DNA of 64,000 nucleotides from assembly GCA_028534125.1 (NCBI GenBank), contig CM052816.1, positions 72,480,001 through 72,544,000 of the forward strand. Reading direction: 5' to 3'. Positions 37,563-50,950 of this stretch are shown piece after piece. Position numbers and translations under genes: made by a program. The notes below the pieces were generated by a model, which had not been told where the DNA came from, ran no database searches, and saw only the letters and a program-made list of their open reading frames with translations. Positions within the stretch are counted from its first letter, which is position 1. Each line of letters starts with the position of its first letter. This stretch comes from Lama glama. Taxonomy: Eukaryota.

Positions 37563-39589
37563 GAGATTACTATTGTGGTATTCATCTGATATTAGAAGGC
37601 TGCTGCCTGTCATAGAAAGCAAGCATGTGATCACATTTTTTATGAAATGACATGAATTGACAAATAATGTTTATCTTTATTGTGATATAAAATAATACTT
37701 TGATTTAGTACTAAGCCATTTTTGACAGGTCATGTTAGGCACACAATTTTAGGAATTAGAAACCCCAGTCCCATTGAACACTTTAGCTGTCTGGTTTATT
37801 CCAGCATTTTCAATCAAGGGTAAGTGTTTGTGAGTGCTTAGTATGACTATCTGTCCAATTTCCCTACCGCATTTCACCGCAGCTTTCTTGAAGAGTACAG
37901 CTACTCATGTCAAGTAAGGGAGCACTGCTTCAAACACTCTGAACATTTGACAGATTCACAATCTAAAATCATGGTTTTATTTTTCTCCTTTTTTAAAAAG
38001 GGGGGTGCCATCTTGCTCCCCCAGAAACTCAAAAGATGAGTCTTTCCTCCCAAAAAAGAACATGGCAACTATTCTTAGGTGTTTCTCTTCCTGTGTTAAC
38101 AGGACAAAACATTCAGTATGAACCAGATTGGGGCTACTTCTTATTGATGTTTACTGTTAGAAGGGAGAATAATTTCTGGGATATTTAGCCAGTATATATT
38201 TTATTTACTGTAAGTCTTATTTGCAGCCCCTTATCCATTTAATCAAAGACATTCCCAATTTAGGAGGACAGAGTCATCTTACAACAACTGGTTTGCTTGG
38301 GAAGTGGCTTCTTGTACAGAAAAAATAACTATGGAACAAAGTTCTGAACACTTTATATACTTTTATTGCTTATTTTAATCCTACTTTATATATCTCAAGT
38401 CTAAATTTTAAGAGAGGTATGTACTACCTCCACATTCCTAAAACAATAGCATAAAAAAGTAAATATTTCAAGCTAGCTGATCCATACATATATTAAGTGA
38501 AAAATGTGGGTATTTTACCAAGAATCAGAATCTTACATGTATGGCATCCAGTTTAATTCTGAAGATAGTATTTTGGATTCTCATTGAGAAAGCATGCTGA
38601 GGAAATATTAATAACACAATAGAGAATAATTAATTATTCTCCATGTTATTGAAGCACATTTAATTCTAAGTATAATAGAGTTCATGTTTTTTTAAATGAA
38701 AAGAAAGAATAGTCTACCAAACTTGGAATAAGCAACAACTCCATGTGAGCTCCCATGTTATGTTTTTAATGTATAAAGTGGAAAGAAAGCAATGTAACAA
38801 GAATTTCATAAATAAAAACTTCTGAAATGTAAAATTCAATAATATTTTTTCCATTTAAATAATCACATTGGAAATCAATCTCTTTCAGACTTATAAATAA
38901 ATTAAATGTCCTTTCCAGAGTGGTTCTCTGTGAATTAGGGTTTTTTTGTCGCCCTTATGGGGATAATCTCAGTGCTGTCAGTTTCCAGCTTGGGGAAAGT
39001 AATTGTCGAGCACTCTTCCCAGGGCAATGGACACTATTATATTTGTAATAACTATTTTTATGAGCATTTTCAATTTTTCCCTTTTTTCATTCAAATATTT
39101 TTCCTCTAGCTCTTCCTGCTTCTCTCTGTACATGCTTATTTTATATAAAACTTTCATAAATGTGGTTGACCATGGTCATAACTTTGTAATAATAGCATTG
39201 TTCTAACTTATTTTTGTGAGATTTTTATTCAAAGTACTAAAAATTACTCATATATCATATTCATTCATCATATGTCATTTCAGTGAGTTGAGACAAATAC
39301 CGGCTTTTTTTTTGTTTCACACATAATGTATTTGAATTCTTTAATATTTAGAACCAAGGAATATCCCTAGGAGTGAGGATGCCTAAATGTATTATATAAT
39401 GTGTGTTTGCGTTTAATAATAACGCTGAGCGCATACATACGTATTTACATTTATATGCCTATGTACAAACATTTGCTTGAAGTAATATTTTAAATGGCTT
39501 TAACAGGTTAAGGCATAGCATGACGCATATGTGGCAGAAGTCAGAAACAAAGAATACACTATAAAGGTGTGCAGACGTGGCAAGTAATT

Positions 39590-40255
39590 TTATCCACGTT
39601 GTTACATCAGCCCCTTAACTTACATCTTTTCTTCCAATCTCTAACTTTGAAGTTTATTCTCTATATTTCTTCTAGAATAACCTCTCTTATTTGCAGATAT
39701 GATCATTTTACTTCCGTACTCAAACCACTTCAATGAGATTTTACTTTTCTACTCACTTCCAGAATGTTAAAAGTTACCAGGGAGACACTTTATGCCTCCA
39801 ACAGAATGGTTCCTGCCAAACTCCCTAGTCTTACCCCCCACCATTCCACACAAACTCTACACTCTGGACGTATCAAACTAATTATTACCCCAATTCACTC
39901 TGTTTCAGGAATCTGTGTATCTTTTTAATATATTATCTCCTCACTATTAAATTATTTACCTTTCTGATTAGTTTGTGACTATTTCAAAATTCATATTAAG
40001 CAGTTTTTTCTCTGGGAAGCCATTTCCAGTCTGCCCTTGCAGGGCTAATCAATACTTATTTTTTGCCACTAGTGTGCTAATTATTCATTTAATAAGATGT
40101 AATGTGGAGTATTAATAAGCATACTTTTAATTAAATTATTTGCCTCTCCTAATAGATCATGGGTACCATGGCAGTAGAGATTTTATTCATCTTTGTATTT
40201 AAAGAAACTAACAGCCACTGAAAAATAAAAGCCCTCACTAAATATTGATTAAATA
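39590..40255 (+). mobile_element. L2 3' region
   Basis: 'tgatcattttacttccgtactcaaaccacttcaatg' and tail 'ctcactaaatattgattaaata'. Confidence 0.6.
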
Positions 40256-41539
40256 AAAATATATATAATAACAAAATTATGTATATGTTATATATATGTA
40301 ATATGCAAATATGTTCTTAAAATGTTAAACTGGAGAAATTTATTGCAAAACTATGATTTTATATTCTTGAAAAAAATTGTATTTTTATAAGTTATTTTAA
40401 TGATATCAGTTAAAATTATATTTTAAACTTTTCTTATCAAGTTAATTAATTTTTAGTTAAATCTCAGTAACATTTGAATCTTGATCAACATGAATCCCAT
40501 TAATCATTCTTATTATAATGCTCACTACTTGGCACTGCTCCCCACAAAGACCTTATGAATTTTAACATTTAAAAAATGATCCACAAATAAGGATTCAGAT
40601 AAAATAAACAAAGAAAATCCTGCTTTACTTTTGGAAAATAATTTTTTTCTTTGGCCAGTGTAGAAATAAAGTTCTTTCTCATCCATGTTTTTTCTCCAAA
40701 TATATATATTTTTAAATTCTAAACACACAGAAAAGAAGCTGTCCCTTGTTTTCCTTTTCCTTCAAGAAACATCAAATGCTTTTTCCTTTAGTTTTAAGTC
40801 ATATTATATCAGCAACTACAATATGTATCTCTTGTACCTTAATTTGATACACAAAAAAGGGAGAACTTTTTATTGTGTTGTATTTTATTTTAGAAGAAAG
40901 AAAGCATGTTTTCATTACATTTCAGTAGAATATTTGACTCAAGGGAGTATTTGAAAACAGTTACAGAGATTCTTTCTAAAATTTAAAAAACAACAAAATT
41001 TTAACCACAGAGGTTTGTATGCAATTAATTGTCTTTCACTTGTAAGTACTTTGTTCATGAAAGAAAGGCACCAGTGGCGGTGGCTGTCCTTCACTCTTGC
41101 ATCTCACCCAGAGTGATAGACGTGTTCCATTACAGTGCTGATTTTAAGTTACTAGGTATGTAAAGGCCTATTGAAACTTTGCTTCCTTCACATGCTATTT
41201 TCAGTACCACCACCACCACCCCAGCACCACCAATTTATTTGCAATTGTTTGCCTATCCCAATGCAAGAAATTCAAGAGAGCGTTAATTTTGAGTATACTA
41301 TTTATACAGAGATTACTCAAATTTGACATGGCCCAGACTAATTAGGATGATCATGTTTAGTATCCTCCAAAAGAGTCTCTTTTCCCATCTATGAATTATA
41401 CCATCGTTCAATCACTTGAACCAAAAACTTAAAAATTATTTGCAACTTCTTTGTGCTTCACCTCATATCAAATAAACCTCATAACAATTCTGATTTAAGT
41501 CCCCATTTCTCACTCCATTTCTACTGTCTTAAGGCAGAT

Positions 41540-41911
41540 CAGATACAGATATCCAGATTGGATAGGATAAAAAACTTCAGGAGACCCTGAAGAATGAGAT
41601 AATATCTCCTCTGGGATAAAGACTAGACTTGCTTAAAAGAGGTGGATTACCTGAACTTCAGTGCTCCCCTTCTGTAACTCAACCCACTGCACATGTGGTC
41701 ATTCTTCTAGGTCCTCCAGAGCTTTCCCATGGGAGCTGGGGGCCACGGAGAAGTGATGCAAATGTGCTGATGCTGCTTGCTGTGGTATGATTAATAAAGT
41801 CCTTTGTATCTGTTCCAGGAGTCCTGTGTCTTCTACCAAAATGTGTGAAACAGTTACAAGCTGATTTATCATGTGGTAAATAGGATAAAATTCATCTTAG
41901 ATCTGATATCA
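41540..41911 (+). mobile_element. ERVL LTR (LTR40-like)
   Basis: 'aataaagtcctttgtatctgttccaggagtcctgtgtcttctacc...taggataaaat'. Confidence 0.7.
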
Positions 41912-41919
41912 GTTTTTTT

Positions 41920-42460
41920 TAATGTTAAACGTACACTTACACAGCAATCCCATTCCTAGGTATTTATCCACGTATGTCCACATAAAGATCATATACAAAC
42001 ATTTTGAGCAGAATTTGTGCATAATTACCCCAAACTAGAAACAAGTTAAATGCTCATTAACTTTGACTAGATAAAGAAACTGTGGTATATCCATAGAATA
42101 CTATTCAGCAATTAAAAGGCACAAACTAATAACACATACAACATGATCAATCTCAAAATCATTATGTTAAGTGAAGGAAGCCATATACAAAGGCTCCATA
42201 TTGTATGATTCCATTTATATGAGATTCTAAAAAAGGTAAAATTATAGGGGCAGAAATCATATCAGTGATTGCAAGGGACAGGGGAGGGTAATATGTCAGA
42301 ACTGACTGCAAAGGGATATAGGGGAACATTTAGGGGAGACGATCTATTCTGTAACTTGATTGTGATGGTGATTACACAACTGCATATATTTGTCAAAGCT
42401 AGTGGAATTTTATACTTAAAGGGGTGAACTTTATTTTATTTATATTTCTATGAAAAAATA
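41920..42460 (+). mobile_element. Old L1 (L1MB/MC-like) 3' end
   Basis: 'cagcaatcccattcctaggtatttatcc...tgtatgattccatttatatgagattct'. Confidence 0.85.
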
Positions 42461-43520
42461 TTAGTTGGAAGTTCAGTCAAGTGTTTGTTTTGTTTTATTT
42501 AAATCAATATGCTTATCAGAAATAGTTGACAGGTATAGAGAAATGAGAAATGTAAAGGTTCCTACCATTATGAGAGTCAGTGTTTGGTGGGGGAAAGCAT
42601 ATATTTCCAGAAGTAGTGATATCTTGTTCAGGTATCAGCTCTTCTACTAATCATGGGCCATATCTGAGATTCCTAGGACCTGAGGTTACTTCAGAACTAA
42701 AATAAGAAAGTGGACTATGGACGATTTCTGAGGTGTTGCCATATTTAATCATTCCTGTTAGAGCCTTAAGAACCGCCCATACAAACTTCCTCTGCTCAGT
42801 AGTTATTGCCCAGAAAATCTGATAATACTCACTTCAGATGCGGCAAACTACTAACATATGGTAGAGTTTATAGGACCAATTGGGAGACTTAGGTGATTGT
42901 TTTAAATAAATTAAATTAAGTAGCCTGGACACCATAGTTTTTTAAAAGTAATTAATGATCAAAATCTAAGATAGTTTCAGACAATTCTTTGGACTTTACC
43001 ATTGGATGTCCTGATATTTTTCCTTCTTGATCGTAATTGCAGAGTTTGGCTCCGTGCCTGGATAAAGTCTGTTCAGTTTCTCAACAGGGAAGCTGAACTC
43101 ATCTCTCAGCTGTGGTAGGGAGACAAGGCCAGTGAATGGCACATCTCTCTATTTTCCTGTATAAAAGGAGACTTCATCAGGTTCGCAGTTGCCAACTGAC
43201 TCATCTTGGCAGAAGATGTGAAGGGGCTCAAAACGTATTTGCAGCTGAAATTAAAATCAGCTGCTTATTCTGAAGAGCAAAGAGAGTTTTACCCTTAGGC
43301 TTCTGTGGTGGTGGAGATGATGTTTGCTGATGAAAGGAGGCTACCTGGTGTCTTCTCATTCAGAGCTTCCACCCAGTTCAATTCCATGCTGTATAATTTC
43401 AGCATATCCTAAGTGTTAATAGTTTTAAAAAAGCATTAAAATCTGTCATGACAGTTTAAATTTCATTTATCATAACTTCCACCAGAAATCCTCCCTTTTA
43501 CCAAATAGTGTATCTTATAA

Positions 43521-43710
43521 GAGCATGGATTTCAAACTTTGTTTCTATTAACATCACTAGGAGGGCTTATTTAAACAAAATACTTGAATCTCATCCTAGG
43601 AGAGTCTAAGTAAGTATTTCTGAGAGGGGATCTGAGAATCCTTTTTAAGCAAGCGCATGGGTGACAGTGATGCCAACTGCCATTTTACTATATTGAGAGT
43701 CTACTTCTCA
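43521..43710. mobile_element. MER5-like hAT MITE
   Basis: 'ttcaaactt...catcactaggagggcttatttaaaca...ggtgacagtgatgc...ttgagagtctact'. Confidence 0.65.
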
Positions 43711-43759
43711 GTTTATATTATAGCAAGATCTCTAATATTTCCCTACATTGCTGCATCTC

Positions 43760-44310
43760 CTTTGACCCCAGCATCCAATCATCTGGCAAGTTCCATGGAT
43801 GCCAGCTCTTCAGTGGTACTCATTCCCATTGCTCTTTCCATTTCTTCTGGCACAATGGCAGAACAAACATTCTGAGCGCCTCGCCATGACCATTACAACA
43901 GCATCCTGAATCCTCTTGACTTTAGTCATGTCCTTTCAAAATATTTCGTATGTGATCTACCTCCTATAACTTGTTTCCTGACACTTCTCATTCAAAGATA
44001 TTTTAAGTCCTTCTAATTTTGACTTACTGAAGTTCAAGACTGTCATTCAAGTCCCTTTCTCACCCAAACTTACCCTGAATATTCAGTGTTATGTTATAAG
44101 CTTCTCTTTGCCTGAAAATGTCATCACGTGCAATCTCTTCCTGACAAAGTCCTACTCAATCCTCTAATCTGTAATTCAAATATCTATCTCCTCCATGCAG
44201 CCAATTCCAATTCCCTTAAGCTTAAATAAATATTTCCACAGCATTTATGCATATGCCTATCATGTATATTGTGTATAATAGATGCTCAATAAACATTTAA
44301 TAAATGAAAA
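43760..44310 (+). mobile_element. L2 3' region
   Basis: 'catccaatcatctggcaagttcc' and tail 'tagatgctcaataaacatttaataaatgaa'. Confidence 0.65.
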
Positions 44311-44377
44311 AAGTTGCTTGATTAATTGCTATGGATCACTTTTTCCTCACACCAAATTAATCATTCAGCCATTTTGA

Positions 44378-44945
44378 TTTTTTAAATGTAATACTTACTG
44401 AAGTAAAGCACACATACGGAAAAGTGTAATAAACATAAGTATGCGACAAGATGATTTTTTACAAAGTAACCACACTTGTGTGATCAAAACTCAGATGGGG
44501 AAACAGCACATAACCAGTAGCCCAGAAACAACCTCATGGCACCTTCCCATTCCTATTTCCCGCAAAAAGTAACTAGTCACTTGGCTTCTAGTACCATAGA
44601 TTAAATTGCCTGTTTGTGAAACGAACATAAATGGAATCCTACAGTATGTACTATTTTGTGCCTGACTTCTTTTTCTGAGTACTGTGTTTGTGACATTTCC
44701 CTACATTGCTGCATTTTAGCAATAGTTTCTTCATTCTAATTGCTATATAGTAATTCATTGTATAAAAGTACTACAATTTATCTACTCTATTGGTATGGGC
44801 ATTTGAATTATTTCATTTTTTTATTTCTACTGATAATGCTACTATAAACATTTTATACTTGTCTTTTGATAATTGTATGGAAGTATTTCTGTTGAGTGTA
44901 TACCTAGGAGTGGAACTTCTGGGTCAAAAACTATGGATCTTTTCT
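44378..44945 (-). mobile_element. Old L1ME-like 3' end
   Basis: 'cataaatggaatcctacagtatgtactattttgtgcctgacttctt...tatacctaggagtggaacttctgggtca'. Confidence 0.85.
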
Positions 44946-47900
44946 CTTAATATTTTACCAATACATAGTCTTCACTCTTACTTCCACTGAATTCATTAAT
45001 TCAGGCTCAGATAATTTCTAATTGGGACTAGTAAAGTGGTTTCAGAACTGGTCTTCCTGCCTTTTTCTATCACTACCATCAATTTTCCAGAATTTTGATG
45101 GAGAAATCTGTATGAAATACAATTATCATCATGTCTTCAATTACCTAAAAAAAATTTTTTTCCTACAGATTCCCTGCTACTTACAGGGAAAAAAAAGAAG
45201 TTTTATATCTGGCATTAGGTTTACTTCATGATCTTACCAGTACCAATCTTTTAGTGTTATAACCTCCAATTCTTAGTATTAAAGTTTGTATCTCATTTCA
45301 GTGTTCTAAAATTTCATTGTAGCAACTTCCCTTATTCATTTAGTCAACAAGAAACTTGAGTGTAGAGATCTTTTCTTTTTGTTTGTTTTAGGGATGTTCG
45401 TCTTGGCCTAGAAGGTCACTCCCATCGTGTTCTGGCCTCATGTAGGCATTAGCTGACCATTGGCTCATAAAAGACTTTGGCATTCCTTTGGTTATTTAAC
45501 AAATATTGTTGGAGGCCCTGTGCCTTCAGTTTGAATCACGGAAGGTTCAGATGCTGTGTTCATCCTTTACAGATGGAACAGTGTTGACTGAGGGCTTTAG
45601 ATAGGCTGCGTCCCAGGTGGGGTTTAGTGGTACAAGTTATGGAGCTACATAAGGTTTCATGAAAGAAGCCTGTCAAGTAATTGTTGGAAATATCATTTAA
45701 GAGGGCAATTATTTGGGTAGAGGCAATGCAAGCTTCCTTGGAATTTCCAAATCTCGTTCTCTATCTGAAGAGCATTTTTCTCAGGAAGCAGGGAATGGAA
45801 GGCAAAGTCATGATTATTCATGATGGATTGTTTGATGGTAAACCAGAATGTTGGCAGCAATCAAATTGGGAAAGTTGATATGAGCCAAGACTTGGAATTC
45901 ATCTATACAGTGGAGAAATAACAATTTTTGTAGATTATGTGGACTACTCCAGTGAGGGCTATTAAGCTAGAGAAGAATAAGATATGTTCTGTCAGACAAC
46001 TAATCAAGTTTAGAGTGCTGGAAAAAGAGAAAGGGGGAGGGACCAAGTTAAAAATAAGCGAACAAAGAGCTATGAAGCCCATCTAAAAAAAATAGTTGTA
46101 CAGTAGGAATTCAGACTGTAATCAGTTTGAATAAGTAAACAGAATTTCATACAGAGCTAGTGGCTGTTTGAACAAGAAAATTCTCAAGATATTCTTCTGC
46201 CAGGGAATATCTAAGCTTCTCAAAAAAAAAAGAAAAAAGAGAGAGAGAGAAAGGTTCTGAATCTGCCGATGAAGCCAGCATTAAGAGCTGACTACTTGAT
46301 AGGTTATGTGATAGATGTCAGAAACACTGAGGCACATCTATAGGATAACTGCTGGTGTTCAAAGGCACTCTTATTTCCTAGAATTCAATACAAATTTCAC
46401 CCTTTATAGTGTTGGTCTCAGGTTTTTTGTTTGTTTGTTTGCTAATTTTGTTTGTGTGTGGGGTTGGAGAGTAACTTTAATATTGCATTAATGTAGAAAC
46501 TGTTATTGGATTATTAAGCTGCTAGAATATAGTAAGATCCAGATAGGTCATTGATGGTAAATATTTATCCAATTCTGATGAAAGAACTATGTTAAGTACT
46601 TATTAAAATCACAACTTTTGGGCTTCTTCTCAGACTTATTTGGCTTGGAAATTTCCAGAGGGAGGGGTGGTAGCCATCCAGAAACTACGTTATAAAATAA
46701 GCAGCACCCATGATTCTTCTCTATAAGAAAATTCGAGAAACTGTTTATACAGGGGTCAAAATATGATAGCAATAGGTCAGAGCAAGCAACTAGTTTAAGA
46801 GTTAGTAGAGGGCAGATTTGAAAGTTTCAACTAAACCCTTAGGAGAGATAGAGAAATTGCTATCCTGTGGGTCAGGACAGATGACTGGTAAACAGATAGT
46901 TCAAATCAGAAGAGTAAATTTAGAGTCAAACAAAAATAGGATGACATGGAGAAATCTGTTCCAACGTAACAGAGAGGGTTTTAGGCAGATGTAAAATTCT
47001 TTTCTAAACGAGTTACTCGACTTGGGAATTTGGCCTGAAGACTTCTCTTAATAATCTTGGGCATATTTTCAATTTGGAACTCAGTTTGGTAAAGCATTCT
47101 CACTCTTTTGTGATGTTTGCCCCATGGGGCTGGAGAACCCTAATTCCCTCAAGAGATCATGGTACTCTTTCTTGGGAGGCCATGTCTGCAGTCTGGGCTG
47201 GGACTTGAGAATCTCTGTATTCCCAAGGGGGACTGCTTTGTTGTGGGCTTAGTCTTTTGCTTCATAGTCTGGTTAATGGTGTGTGTGTGGGTGTGTGTGT
47301 GTGTGTATTTCTAGTCACCCTCTTCCTTGTCCATAGTTACGAATCTTGTCTGGGTTATAGACTCTGATAATAATTTTATGTATTAATGTTTATTCATAGA
47401 AGCTAATATCTTTACAATGCTGAAAAAAGAAGCCTTTTTTTCTAAGAATTCATTGTATTATATATAAAGGCAGATAAAAGTCTTGAAGAAGGGAGAACAT
47501 ATATATATATATATTTCTTCCAATAAATCATCAGGGGAATTTCCAGTATCTTCTACTTTCTTTACTCCCTTTAAGTCCCTCAACTTGTCTGATTTATCTT
47601 TTCTTTTCCTTCTTTTTTTTCCTGGCAAAATCCACTTTATAGTATTCTCTATTATATAAAAAAATGTATTTGTGCATTGGAAAATGATTTAATCAGTTAA
47701 TGATTAATAAAATCTTAATGCTATATTAAAGCTAAAAGTATTTATTACAATGTATTTAAATTACTCTGTATCGAGGGATATAAGTCAGTTTAATTCAATA
47801 AATATTTCTGGTCCCACTATCTCAACCCCCTCCCCAACCTTTATTATATCAACTGCAATTTGTCATAGTAGTTTCTAAAATGTTCACCTTTGAATAGCTA

Positions 47901-49672
47901 TTTTCAGGAGTACAAAATAAGACTTACTGGCTTCAACCTCTATTTTGCAATTAATAGAGTAGTTCCTATCAGTAACCACTGGGAGGTAGCACATGTATTG
48001 TGTTTCCATTATTTTCTTGTGTAAAGTTATAAACGGAATTCGTATTACCTGAAGCTAATGATAGCATTTTTTATTATTTGTCCTAAGTTGGTGTTAAAAT
48101 AGATAATTAAGAACTATGGTTAAGTTGGTGAACAGCAAAAACTGAACAGTAAAAAGCAAACATGCCATCCATGCTGTATTTGGAGGTCGGTGTTTTCCAT
48201 TGTGGGAAATATGTACAATGCTGAACACTTGACTATTTTGCCAGCTCTATCACTTTCTGAAAAACTAAGTAACAGGATGTCTTATTTATGTTCAACCTGA
48301 GAATAATTTAGACATAAAAATAATTATAGTTACGTGCCCGAGTTAGAAAACAACATCTGCTATAGGAAGCTGATTTACAGGCCTGAACATATAATGTCTC
48401 AGTGGAAACATATCTCTGCTCTGAATAGATTTACTTTTATTCATTAAATTGTTACTGATACTAAAGTATATTATTGGAAATTTGGACAGAATAGATCTAG
48501 TGGAAACTCACCACAGTTAAATCAATTTCTTGTTCATACCATGCTATTTCAAACTTTATTAGTGTGAAATTAATCTCAAAGCATTTTTTTTTTTACTGTG
48601 GAGGCTAATATCTTTTAAAAGTGTCAAATATTTTGAATTTTTGCCAATTTTAGGTATGTCAAATAAAAAAGTTTTTGCTCTAAGAATTTTGGGTTAGGTT
48701 TTGACTAATGTTCAATTCTGATTCACCTCCTTCTCAGTACTTAGCTATAATTCAGTAATAATGTTTATAGTAGAGAAAATGTTTATAAATAATATAGTAG
48801 AGAAATATTTAAATAATAATTGATAAATTATATCAGAAAAATTACAAATTTATCAGGTATAAGTAATTTATTATTTGCCTCATACAGTCTTTAATTGAAA
48901 TAAAATCTTAAAATAGATCCTTATTAATTTAATTATTGAAAATTTTTGTACTCCTACCAGGACAAACCACCTTCAAGAAAATAAAAGAAAAGAAAAAATT
49001 CGTGTGATTGCTTGATTAGCAGAAAGAGAAAATATCTTACACCAGCCATGGTTAGGAAATAAGGAAATATTGGAGTGCCTAAAGTGACATTTAAAGACTA
49101 TGTTTCCTTGATATTGATTTGACCTTTTAGAAAATCTAAAGAGTAACACTTATTAATTATAAGTTTACAAAATTAAATATAATAGCTACTTTATTTCTAT
49201 TGTAAATACTTATTTTGCACTTGTTATTTTCCAAATATATAAACCCCATGGCTATTATAATGAATCAGTGTTTCAGGAAAAAAAAAAAAAAACTCTGGGA
49301 TACTAGTTTTTGCTATATAATTTATAGTGGTTTTGGAGCCTCCTAGACAGAATAACAAAGAATGTTACCATTTTGCATTTTAATCTGATAATTTCTCCTC
49401 TCATTACACAAATCTGCCTATATAATTACCAGAGCATGTCCTTTTAGCTCTGCAGGTCAACCCTGGCCATGAATTCAAATAATTAAAGCCCAAATATGTT
49501 ATAACCAGAAATAGAGTAGAAGCTCTCTTAACCAACCATCACATTCATCTTGTCTCTCCTTTCCCTTTGAAAACAAAACTGACTGATGTTTCTGACACAC
49601 TGAACAAGGAGTTTCCCCGCCAGTAAACCTGCAGCCTTCTACCCTTCACTGTTTGCTCATGTGCTTATCTAG

Positions 49673-50530
49673 TGTGTCAGTCAGAGTTGTTAGTTTCCTA
49701 TAATAGAGCATCCTTGAGGTACGTTAAGCAAAAAAAATGCTTACCTGAAATAGGAAATAACCAAAAGAAATTCCAGAAAGGCCAGAATCATGGCATTAGG
49801 AGCACGATTGCCCCAACATTTGAGGAGCTGGAGAATGAGGAGTAGAACTCTGGCCATGACCTCCATTCTCTAATGGACTTGATTCCTTCTCACCCAGGAG
49901 GGACTTCATGAACATTTGTGTGGGCACCCCAGTCTACAGGAAGCCTCTTGTGGCCTAGAGATACACAGGTATACTACAGTTAGCCTTCAGGAGGACTGAC
50001 CCAGCAGGAAACGTGAAAAATGCCAACAAAAAGGCCCTTAGGCCAGGAAATGCTGGGGTCTTGAGTTGCCACAATATATTCTAGAAGCACGTTCTTTAGC
50101 TGGTTACTTCCTTTTTGTGCTACGGATTACTTGTTTTGTGAGGGGAATGACTGAAACAGTGCACCAGTTCCTAGAGTCTAGAAGGGGAACTGCTTGGAGG
50201 CAATGCAGTCTGGCACAGTGGAGCTGTTGACAGTCAATGTTTGCAACTGGCAACCTCATATCAGAATCTCTGTTACTGCCGTTGGAAATCTTCACCACCA
50301 ATCCCATTAGAAAATCAATCCTTGTAGCCACTGTTTCTCCACAGAAAGAGAATATAAATAATTTACCTCCTTTCTAAGGTGCCCACATCTTAACTGTAAA
50401 GGAACTCGACCAAGAAAAATTCTAGCTTCTGCTTCAGGGAAGCCTAACTCAGAATGTGGAAAATTCTCCAAATCCAGGAATAATGTTTAATATTTCTGCA
50501 TGACCCCAAAGACATATTCAATATTCACTA
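49673..50530 (-). mobile_element. Ancient ERVL-MaLR-like LTR; subfamily unresolved
   Basis: Begins 'tgtgtcagtcagagttgttagtttcc...ttaagcaaaaaaa' and ends '...ttctccaaat...atattcacta'. Confidence 0.5.
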
Positions 50531-50619
50531 GCCTTAGGGATAACTAGGTTTTGTTTGTTTTGACAAAAGCAATTTTTGTTGGTTGTACTTATGCAATTAT
50601 ATAATTTAAAGAAAGATTA

Positions 50620-50950
50620 TATAAACCCATAAAAAGTAAATACATAAAAACTATTTCTTTGAAAGCTTTGTTGAATCGTTTGGAAAAACTTGGTGAAGAT
50701 GTGTTGCTTTGAAAACACTATTAAGTTAGGTGTGGGTGGAAAAACCATTAAACTCTAAAAAAGCGTCTGCAGTTAGATTGCTTTTTGGTGGTTTTAGGCT
50801 AGGTCTTCATTTCACTTTAAAGAGAGCAAAACTTGAAATCAATTGTAGATAGTCCTTTATAGGTAGATATAATGAGGGAAAGGCAATAGATTACTTCAGC
50901 CAGCAGGTCCCTGTTTAAAGAAAAGATGTTGGCCCTACCTCAAAAGGTTA
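50620..50950 (+). mobile_element. Tigger13-like DNA transposon remnant (decayed N-terminal transposase)
   Basis: 'ttaggtgtgggtggaaaaacc', 'cactttaaagagagcaaaacttgaaatc' and 'aaagaaaagatgttggccctacctcaaaag'. Confidence 0.65.
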
